From: an uncultured bacterium
GTDB lineage: Bacteria; Lernaellota; Lernaellaia; Lernaellales; Lernaellaceae
DNA: 22,740 nt
Assembly (NCBI GenBank): GCA_964534375.1
Contig: CAZHPN010000088.1
Span: 1 to 22,740 of the forward strand
Direction: 5' to 3'
The notes below the pieces were generated by a model. It did no database searches and was not told where the DNA came from. It saw only the letters and a program-made list of their open reading frames with translations. The stretch's first letter is position 1. Each line of letters begins with the position of its first letter. Positions 16,042-22,740 of this stretch are shown here, piece by piece. A program made the translations under genes and the position numbers.

Positions 16042-17061
16042 ATGCGAGATCTGAAAAAAGTGGATGAGGCGTGGCGCTGGGTCGACGAAGCCGGCAACGC
16101 GGTCGGCGGCGCGGTCAGGGCCTCGGCCGTCCTCCGGCACTTCGGATTCGCGACGCCCACCGGAAGGCATGGCGGCGGACTGCCGTCGTTGCAACTCGTC
16201 CGGGGAAATCCGGAGAACGACCGCCTCGTGGTCGCGAAAGCTTTCGGCGCGGCGTGGGGCGGCGATTTTCTGTTGTCAAAAGAGCCGGCCGATTGCGTCA
16301 AGTTTTATGGCTCCGACGCAGAAGTGGTGGACGAACTGTTGCAATCGCAGCCGCCGGGTTATGCGACCGAACTGCTGGAAGCGGGGAAAAAAGAGGCGCG
16401 CGCCCGGGTGGATATTGCAGCGCTGGCGGCGATCGCGGGTCTCGAGGTGTTCGTTTCGCGAGGCTCGGCCGCGTTTTGGACGCGAGAATACGGCGAGTTC
16501 GATGAACTGCCGGAAAAGTGGTCGCTGCTGCGCAAGGGCGACGCGCGAATGACCCGCGAGGTGAGAAAAGGCCCGCACTGGGTCTACAAGCAGCGGACGA
16601 AAAAATACACCGAGGAAATTGGGACGCTGGCGCCGGAGGCGAACATCGAGGACGCCTACTTCCGCCTGGGGGGCGTGGAAAGTTCGCGCGAGCGCGAAGA
16701 AAAAAAGGCCGAGCAAATCGCCGGGCGGAAGCGGGAATTCACCGAAAAATTTCAGCAAGCCGTCCGCCGGCGCTTTCCGCGCATTCCGGACGCCGCCGAG
16801 CAGGAGGTGGTTCAACGGGCGCGCAACGCCGGACGCGTCGGCAACGCGGACTGGTTGTGGTTCGCCCCGAAGGACCAGGTCGAACGCCGGTTCGACGACG
16901 CGGCCGAACTCGCGGTTCGCGCGCACGCGCGGCACAACTTCACCCGTTACGACCAACTGGCGGATTCGCTCGGCAGAGAAGCGGCGAGGCTGTCCGTGGC
17001 GGATAAAATCGATGATGTGCTGGCCGCTTGGCGTGGGGAAAGCCCTGACGATTCGGAGTAA
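16042..17061 (+). CDS. DUF2293 domain-containing protein
   Basis: C-terminal AVRRRFPRIP..AGRVG..ELAVRAHARHNFTRYDQL..REAAR..DVLAAWRG matches DUF2293. ATG at 16042 follows AAGGGAG. Confidence 0.85.
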   Translation: MRDLKKVDEAWRWVDEAGNAVGGAVRASAVLRHFGFATPTGRHGGGLPSLQLVRGNPENDRLVVAKAFGAAWGGDFLLSKEPADCVKFYGSDAEVVDELLQSQPPGYATELLEAGKKEARARVDIAALAAIAGLEVFVSRGSAAFWTREYGEFDELPEKWSLLRKGDARMTREVRKGPHWVYKQRTKKYTEEIGTLAPEANIEDAYFRLGGVESSREREEKKAEQIAGRKREFTEKFQQAVRRRFPRIPDAAEQEVVQRARNAGRVGNADWLWFAPKDQVERRFDDAAELAVRAHARHNFTRYDQLADSLGREAARLSVADKIDDVLAAWRGESPDDSE

Positions 17062-17163
17062 GCGCGGCAATATCGAGAAACCCCGGGATTGGTCCCTGGG
17101 AGCCGGCCGCAGAGCAGGGATGCTCATGCGCTCCCGGCGCCGATGAGACTTCGTCCCTTGATA

Positions 17164-17191
17164 TGTCATTCCCGCGAAGGCGGGAATCCAG
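17164..17191 (+). repeat. CGTC/TGTC-tagged REP palindrome
   Basis: TGTC-ATTCCCGC-GAAG-GCGGGAAT-CCAG, the widespread GTCATTCCCGCGNANGCGGGAATCC type. Confidence 0.85.
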
Positions 17192-17256
17192 GAATATCGC
17201 TTGCCGAGCGAGCCGCGCGCGACGCGCGCGAGGTTGTCGAGCGCAACGGCCGGCGT

Positions 17257-17292
17257 GTCGGACCGGTCGGACGTGTCTGGCCAGTCAGACTA
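17257..17292. repeat. Nonamer tandem tract (4 units, GTCGGACNN)
   Basis: gtcggaccg gtcggacgt gtctggcca gtcagacta. Confidence 0.65.
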
Positions 17293-17340
17293 CGAGCGCC
17301 GCAATGCGGTTTGCCGCGGGCTGGCGCGGGCGGCCGTTTT

Positions 17341-17679
17341 TCACTCGCCGTTTGGCAAATCGACGGAATAAACGCGGCCGTCGCCGTCGACCATCGCGAG
17401 CCGCCGCGCCCGCGCCCACTCGACGGGGTCCATGTAGCAGTAAAACGCCTTGATTTCGCCGGGCTGAAGTTCGTGCCGGCCGTGCGGCAGCAGATGTTCG
17501 TAACGTTTGACGCCCTCATCGGTTTCCAGATCGAAAAAACTCGGCACGATGACAGGCCGGTCGCCGCGGTTGACGACCTGCACCTCGAGATTCTGATCGG
17601 CGGCCTTCAGACCACAGCAGGTCTTGAAGCCGAAAACGGCCTCGCACGCGGAATTCATGATGACGCGAAGGGTCAGCAT
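17341..17679 (-). CDS. Small hypothetical protein (112 aa, beta-rich, Cys-Cys motif)
   Basis: Protein-like composition (LEVQVVNRGDRPVIV, ELQPGEIKAFYC) and host-like codon use. No clear RBS. Confidence 0.7.
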   Translation of the reverse strand: MLTLRVIMNSACEAVFGFKTCCGLKAADQNLEVQVVNRGDRPVIVPSFFDLETDEGVKRYEHLLPHGRHELQPGEIKAFYCYMDPVEWARARRLAMVDGDGRVYSVDLPNGE

Positions 17680-17687
17680 AATGGATT

Positions 17688-18016
17688 AACTTTAAACACA
17701 GAGGGCGCAGAGGGAAGGCGCAGAGACCTTAGCGCGGCCTTCGGCCGCAACCAAATGATTTTTCTTTAGCCGCAGATTGCGCAGATTGGCGCAGATTTGC
17801 GGGCCGGGAAATCGAAATTTCGGCGGCCGAAATTTCGCCCCGGCCCGCCACGCTAATCTGCGTTCATCGGCGTAATCTGCGGTTGTATTCAACTTTCCAA
17901 ATTCTTCGCGCCGAGCGAAGAAATTCGCGGATAGTAGTACAGAGAAAACACAAGGGATTTTTCAATTTATTAATAGACCGAAAAATTCCGACTCTGTGTC
18001 CTCTGTGCTTAAAGTT
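17688..18016. repeat. Nested repeat complex: outer AACTTTAAACACAGAG inverted repeat enclosing an inverted copy 2 of the composite element (17728-17884)
   Basis: 17688-17712 matches the reverse complement of 17992-18016 at 22/25. Inner arms 17768-97 and 17855-84. Central CGAAATTTCGGC-G-GCCGAAATTTCG (17813-37). Confidence 0.8.
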
Positions 18017-18033
18017 CCATTCTCTCCCCGCCC

Positions 18034-19239
18034 CTAATTCATCTTCCCCACAATTGCGATGCTGCACACATTCATAAACGGGAAGCCGCCCAAATTGTGG
18101 GTGAGGCCGAAGCGCGGGTCTTTGAGTTGGCGCGCGCCGGCGCGGCCATGGAACTGCAAGTACATTTCGTAGATCATGCGCAAGCCCGAGGCGCCGATCG
18201 GATGGCCGAAGCATTTGAGGCCGCCGTCGACCTGGCAGGGCACGCCGCCGTCGAGGTCGTAGAAGCCGTCCATCGTGTCTTTGATCGCGCCGCCGCGCGG
18301 CGAAATGTGCAGGTCTTCGTAGGTCACCAGTTCGGTGACGGAAAAGCAGTCGTGCACTTCCATCATGCTGATTTCGGCGCGCGGGTCGCGGATGCCGGCT
18401 TCGCGGTAGGCCATCGTGCTGCACTTGTCGGTGGTCATGAAGTGGTCGCCGTCCCACTCGTTGAACGCCCGTTCCTCGCCGCTGCTCAGCGCCAATTGGA
18501 GCGCCTTGACGGTGACGAGGTCTTGGAAGCCCATTTCCCTGGCTTTTTCGACGGTCGTCACCAGCGCGCACGCGGCGCCGTCGCTGACCCCGCAGCAGTC
18601 GAAAAGGCCCAGCGGCGAGGCAATGATCGGCGCCGCCATGATCTGCTCGACGCTGACTTTCTTGCGCAAATGCGCCTTCGGATTGAGCGCGCCGTTGGCG
18701 TGGCTTTTCGCCGAGACGTGCGCCAGCGCGCGCTTCATCTCGATGTCGGCGACTTTGTATTTCGCGCAGTAGGCGCTGGCCAGTTGCGCGAAGACGCCGG
18801 GCGCGGTCAGGTTCGGGTTCCACAGCCAATTGAGCGTGCCGCCGCCGGAGCCGGGGTTCGGCAGGCCGCCGTAACCGGTGTCTTTCAGTTTCTCGACGCC
18901 CATCGCCAGGCAAATATCATAGGCGCCGGACGCCACGCCGTACACCGCGCCGCGAAACGCCTCCGTGCCGCTGGCGCAATAATTTTCGACGCGCGTCACC
19001 GGAATGCGCGGCAGCCGCAACGCGACCGACAACGGCAGCGCGCTTTTGCCGACGTTGATTTCCTCCATGCACGTCGCGAGCCACGCCGCCTGGATTTCCT
19101 TACGGTCGAGGCCGGCGTCTTGCAGGCATTCCAGGAACGCTTCGACCATCAGTTCCTCGGCGCCCACGTCCCAGCGCTCGCCGAAGCGCGTGCAGCCCAT
19201 GCCGATGATCGCGACTTTATCTTTGATTCCGGTGGCCAT
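18034..19239 (-). CDS. Acetyl-CoA acetyltransferase (SCP2/archaeal-type thiolase)
   Basis: KVAIIGMGCTRFGE, catalytic ENYCASG, VSDGAAC, EVHDCF, GHPIGASG and THNLGG. AGGAGG RBS. Confidence 0.95.
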   Translation of the reverse strand: MATGIKDKVAIIGMGCTRFGERWDVGAEELMVEAFLECLQDAGLDRKEIQAAWLATCMEEINVGKSALPLSVALRLPRIPVTRVENYCASGTEAFRGAVYGVASGAYDICLAMGVEKLKDTGYGGLPNPGSGGGTLNWLWNPNLTAPGVFAQLASAYCAKYKVADIEMKRALAHVSAKSHANGALNPKAHLRKKVSVEQIMAAPIIASPLGLFDCCGVSDGAACALVTTVEKAREMGFQDLVTVKALQLALSSGEERAFNEWDGDHFMTTDKCSTMAYREAGIRDPRAEISMMEVHDCFSVTELVTYEDLHISPRGGAIKDTMDGFYDLDGGVPCQVDGGLKCFGHPIGASGLRMIYEMYLQFHGRAGARQLKDPRFGLTHNLGGFPFMNVCSIAIVGKMN

Positions 19240-19274
19240 GACGCCTCCTTGGTTAAGGCAGGATGGGAATTCTA

Positions 19275-19372
19275 AACACAGAGGGCACGGAGGAAGACAC
19301 GGAGCGCACGGAGAAATGTCGAAATGTCAATCCTCTGTGATCTCTGTTTTTTCTCTCTGTGTTCTCTGTGTT
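19275..19372. repeat. Long imperfect hairpin of CACRGAG/CTCTGTG units between the two operon genes
   Basis: Left arm aacacagag ggcacggag gaagacacggag cgcacggag. Right arm reverse complement aacacagag aacacagag agaaaaaacagag atcacagag. Confidence 0.85.
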
Positions 19373-19392
19373 CAAAACGGACATATCGCAAC

Positions 19393-20856
19393 CTACCGCT
19401 GGGCCGGCGCCGCGATCGGCGTCGCTTTCCAGAAGTAACCGGTGAAGCCGCGCCCTTCGTCAGTGTAACGCTTGCGGAAGGTCATCCGCATCGGCTGGCC
19501 GACGTGGACATCGGCCAATTCGCAGTCGGTGAAGTCGGCCATGAAGCGGCCGCCGCCCTCGAATTGGACCATGCCGTAGATCGCCGGCGGGTCGACCGAA
19601 ACCGCGAGCATGTCGCCGGTGAAGGTTTTCACGATCGCCGGCACGTCCGCAAATTCGTAATCGACCTGCGTGTCGACGGCGAGGCACTGCGGATTGACGC
19701 AGATGTTCATCTTCGGAAATTGCGGCGTGCCGCATTGGGTGCATTTGCCGCCAACGAGGCCCAGCAGCATTTTCCGTTTGCGCCAGAGCGTGGTCATCGC
19801 GGTTTGCGTCGGCGCCTCGGCGCGAATGCCCATCTCGGTCGGCACGAGATTGCGGAACTTCAGGAACTTGGCGTAATTGTCGACCGGCTTCTTGTTGGCC
19901 AGCGAGCCTTTGACGCCGGACCGCGCCGGCAGCTTCGCGATGGCGTCGGTCGCGCGGAAATAGAGCGCGTCGCAGCCCTGGCCGAAACCGACGACGAGAA
20001 TCCGCTCGCCGGGCTTGGCCGTTTCCAGCGCCGCGGCGAGCAGCAGCAGCGGATGCGCGGCGCCGGTTTCGCCGCACACGTCGTGCAACGCGTCGACGAG
20101 CTGCGCCGGCGCGGCGCCGAGGGCCGCGGCGATCTTGCGATGCTCGGCCTTGAACACGCAGGGGAAGGCGAACTTGTCGACGTCTTTCATCGAGATGCCG
20201 AGCTTGCCGAAGAGGCCCGTCACCGCCTCGGGCACGAGCTTGGCGAAACCTTCGTCGCGCACCCAACGCTCTTCCCACGCGTAGTCGTAGGTCTTGCCCG
20301 CGCCGCGGTAGTGGTCGACGAAATCGTGGGTCGTCGAGTGCGCGCCGAGGAATTCGGCGACGACGTCGGCATTGCCGATCAGCGCCGCCGCGGCGCCGTC
20401 GCCATACCACATTTCGGGGAAATTCGCCGACCTCGTTTCGCGCCGGTCCGCCGCGACGGCCAGCGCCTGCGCGCAGTCGCCGCTCTTCACCGCGGCCAGC
20501 GCCGCCAGCAGCGCGCCCGTGCCGGCGCGCAACGACCCGCCGAGGTCGGCCGAGGTGAGGTCGTCGCGCAAATTGAGCGCGGTCTTGACGACGCCCGCGT
20601 TCGAGCGGTCGGCGAAGGGCAGGGTCGTCGAACCGAGCCACAGCCCGCCGACGGTGCTTTTGTCGCGCCCGCGCAAGCAATCCTGCGCCGCCGCGACGGC
20701 CATGGTCAGGCTATCTTCGTCCCAGTTGCAGAACGAGCGTTCGCCCTGCGCTGCCGTGATCAGCGCCGGCGCGAACCAGCCCATGCTCTGAAAAATGCTC
20801 AGCCGGGAAAGCCGCAGCCGGGGAATGAACGCCCCGAAAGATACGACGCCGACCAT
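19393..20856 (-). CDS. HMG-CoA synthase-like (non-catalytic) domain fused to a DUF35 Zn-ribbon/OB-fold domain
   Basis: MVGVVSFGAFIPRLRL, DEDSLTMAV, GDGAAAALIG, ILVVGFGQG. C-terminal GKCTQCG..FP..CVNPQC and VGQPMRMTFRK..YFWKA. ATG at 20856 has a GGAGG RBS. Confidence 0.9.
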   Translation of the reverse strand: MVGVVSFGAFIPRLRLSRLSIFQSMGWFAPALITAAQGERSFCNWDEDSLTMAVAAAQDCLRGRDKSTVGGLWLGSTTLPFADRSNAGVVKTALNLRDDLTSADLGGSLRAGTGALLAALAAVKSGDCAQALAVAADRRETRSANFPEMWYGDGAAAALIGNADVVAEFLGAHSTTHDFVDHYRGAGKTYDYAWEERWVRDEGFAKLVPEAVTGLFGKLGISMKDVDKFAFPCVFKAEHRKIAAALGAAPAQLVDALHDVCGETGAAHPLLLLAAALETAKPGERILVVGFGQGCDALYFRATDAIAKLPARSGVKGSLANKKPVDNYAKFLKFRNLVPTEMGIRAEAPTQTAMTTLWRKRKMLLGLVGGKCTQCGTPQFPKMNICVNPQCLAVDTQVDYEFADVPAIVKTFTGDMLAVSVDPPAIYGMVQFEGGGRFMADFTDCELADVHVGQPMRMTFRKRYTDEGRGFTGYFWKATPIAAPAQR

Positions 20857-20876
20857 GTTCCGCGCCTCCGTCGCTC

Positions 20877-20897
20877 GGGCGAACTCATCGTTCGCCC
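20877..20897. repeat. REP-like hairpin in the leader of the HMGS-like gene
   Basis: GGGCGAAC-tcatc-GTTCGCCC, a perfect 8-bp stem. Confidence 0.55.
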
Positions 20898-21072
20898 CGG
20901 AAAAATGCCGCCGCCGCCGATTTGCGCGAGCGATTTTGCTTCGATTCCGCGCACCGCGTCCGGCGACGTACTTAAACTGCTGTTGAGGAAATCGACGTTG
21001 CAACCGGGATCGATCATACCGCGCTCTTTTTGGAGAACGCAAGATGCCCTGCTTCCATTGCATGGGCTTCTT

Positions 21073-21081
21073 TGCTATAAA
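21073..21081 (+). promoter_or_regulatory. Putative extended -10 promoter for the acyl-CoA dehydrogenase
   Basis: TG-C-TATAAA in an AT-richer patch of the divergent region. Confidence 0.4.
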
Positions 21082-21238
21082 GACAACTCAGCAATCGATT
21101 CAACATATTTGGCGCAAGGCGGCGGGGAAGTTTCGCGACGGCCGGAATGGCCGAAGCGGCGCGGCGGACGGTCCGCCGGCGGCCGCACGGCGGCGCGGCC
21201 GGCGCTTCAATTCGGGTCCTAAAACACGGAGGGGCACT

Positions 21239-22740
21239 ATGGATTTCATCGTGGCGGAACGCGACATTCAGTTCGTGCTGTTCGAGTATCTGCAAATGCA
21301 GAAGCTGCTCGAGTTCCCGAGGTGGAAAGACTACGACGTCGACACGCTCAAGATGACGTTGGCGGAGGCGATCAAGACGGCCACCGGCGTCCTGGCGCCG
21401 CTCAACGCGCCCGGCGACGAAGAGGGCTCGCACTTCGAGGACGGCAAGGTGATCACGCCGAAGGGCTTCAAGGAGGCGTACAAGCAGTACGTCGAGGCCG
21501 GCTGGCTGGGCCTGTCGAGCGACCCCGACTTCGGCGGCCAGGGGCTGCCCGTGACGCTGGGCCTCGCGTGCAGCGAAGCGTTCGTCAGCGCGAACAATTC
21601 GTTGACGATGGCCCCCGGGCTGACTCGCGGCGGCGCGGCCGTGATCGTCGATTACGGGTCCGAGGAGCAAAAGCAGCGCTACGTGGCGAAGGTGCTTTCC
21701 GGCGAATGGGCCGGCACGATGTGCCTGACCGAGCCGCAGGCGGGCACCGCGGTCGGCGACGTGCGCACGCTGGCGACGCCGGACGGCAACGGCGGCTGGA
21801 AAATCGTCGGCACGAAAAGCTTCATCACCTACGGCGATCACGATCTGACGAAGCAAATCATCCACTTGGTGCTGGCGCGCACCCCGGGCGCCCCCCCGGG
21901 AATCAAAGGCATCAGCCTGTTCATCGTGCCGAAATACCGCATCGGCGCTGACGGCGGGCTCGGCGAATTCAACGACGTGAAGTGCTCGGGCATCGAACAC
22001 AAGATGGGCATCCACGCCTCGCCGACCTGCACGCTGAATTTCGGCGACGCGGGCCAGTGCGTCGGCGAACTGATCGGCGAGCGGAACAAAGGCATCGTCT
22101 ACATGTTCAAGCTGATGAACGAAGCGCGCGTCGGCGTCGGCCTGCAGGGCCTGAGCCAGGCCGCGCTGGCGTATCAACTGGCGCTGAAATACGCCAAGGA
22201 GCGCGTGCAGGGCACCGACATCCTGGCGATGAAAGACCCGAACGCGCCGCGCATCGAGATCATCAAGCACCCCGACGTCCGCCGCATGCTGCTGTCGATG
22301 AAAGCGATCGTTGACGGCTGCCGCGCGCTGCTGTTGTCGGTGGCGTTTTTCGAAGACATGCTGCGGGCCACGAACGATCAGAACTGGCACATGCTCGTCG
22401 AGTTGCTGACGCCGGTGTGCAAAGCGTATTGCTCCGACCGCGGCTTCGAGGCGACCGCGACCGCGATCCAGGTGCTCGGCGGCTACGGCTACTGCACGGA
22501 ATACGGCGTCGAGCAGCTTTGCCGCGACGCGAAGATCGCCTCGATCTACGAAGGCGCGAACGGCATCCAGGCGCTCGATCTGGTCGGCCGCAAGCTGGGT
22601 CAGGCCGGCGGCATGTTCTTCATGAATTTCATGAACCGCATGACCGACATGGTCAATGCGAATAAGGCCCATCCGGCGCTCGGCGACCTGATCGCGGACT
22701 TCGACAAGGCCAAGAACAAGCTCGGCGAAGTGACGATGAA
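21239..22740 (+). CDS. Acyl-CoA dehydrogenase (long DmdC/FadE5-like class), 3' truncated by window edge; absent from the ORF track
   Basis: ATG at 21239 after GGAGGGG. My translation gives MDFIVAERDIQFVLFE..GGQGLP..GTMCLTEPQAG..GTKSFITYGDHDL..GISLFIVPK..EHKMGIHASPTC..MNEARVGVG..IQVLGGYGY..IYEGANGIQALDL. Confidence 0.95.
   Translation, partial: MDFIVAERDIQFVLFEYLQMQKLLEFPRWKDYDVDTLKMTLAEAIKTATGVLAPLNAPGDEEGSHFEDGKVITPKGFKEAYKQYVEAGWLGLSSDPDFGGQGLPVTLGLACSEAFVSANNSLTMAPGLTRGGAAVIVDYGSEEQKQRYVAKVLSGEWAGTMCLTEPQAGTAVGDVRTLATPDGNGGWKIVGTKSFITYGDHDLTKQIIHLVLARTPGAPPGIKGISLFIVPKYRIGADGGLGEFNDVKCSGIEHKMGIHASPTCTLNFGDAGQCVGELIGERNKGIVYMFKLMNEARVGVGLQGLSQAALAYQLALKYAKERVQGTDILAMKDPNAPRIEIIKHPDVRRMLLSMKAIVDGCRALLLSVAFFEDMLRATNDQNWHMLVELLTPVCKAYCSDRGFEATATAIQVLGGYGYCTEYGVEQLCRDAKIASIYEGANGIQALDLVGRKLGQAGGMFFMNFMNRMTDMVNANKAHPALGDLIADFDKAKNKLGEVTM

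Noticed and set aside
18034..20856. 2,4-diacetylphloroglucinol (phl) or mevalonate pathway cluster
   Set aside because: No PhlD type III PKS or mevalonate genes are nearby, the thiolase has the ordinary GHPIGASG motif, and the HMGS-like domain lacks catalytic residues.
21140..21206. Riboswitch in the GC-rich acyl-CoA dehydrogenase leader
   Set aside because: Only generic GC stems (e.g. CGGCGGAC-G-GTCCGCCG); no aptamer consensus recognised.
1751..22672. Long antisense or alternate-frame ORFs (e.g. 1950-3419, 5586-7289, 9216-10769, 11970-13760, 12026-13804, 19324-21222, 21014-22672)
   Set aside because: Arg/Ala/Gly-rich shadow ORFs expected in high-GC DNA; each overlaps a well-supported gene.

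Overview
GC-rich bacterial chromosomal window; gene content suggests a deltaproteobacterium or myxobacterium-like host (inference). It carries 17 recognisable CDS. On the + strand at the start are the end of a DrrAB-type ABC-2 exporter. A minus-strand run follows: AtoE-type short-chain fatty acid transporter, PlsC-like acyltransferase, LpxH-like metallophosphoesterase, PIN-PhoH protein, alpha/beta-hydrolase lipoprotein and a membrane protein. Next come a PaaK/CapK-like adenylating ligase, a hypothetical protein, an orphan EmrB/QacA MFS pump, a lipidated AppA-like histidine acid phosphatase/phytase, a DUF2293 protein and a small Cys-containing protein. The window ends with a thiolase plus a pseudo-HMG-CoA-synthase/DUF35 fusion, divergent from an acyl-CoA dehydrogenase. 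I found no transposase, integrase, tRNA, rRNA or CRISPR array. The most unusual content is non-coding. Most intergenic gaps are filled with short repeat families: 7-mer tracts with fixed polarity right at stop codons, 9-mer tracts, REP-like palindromes and nested long hairpins with loop-less palindromic centres (including a perfect 38-bp palindrome). A ~155-nt composite element occurs as an inverted pair around two genes. An 11-bp-period direct-repeat site inside a hairpin lies upstream of the phytase.
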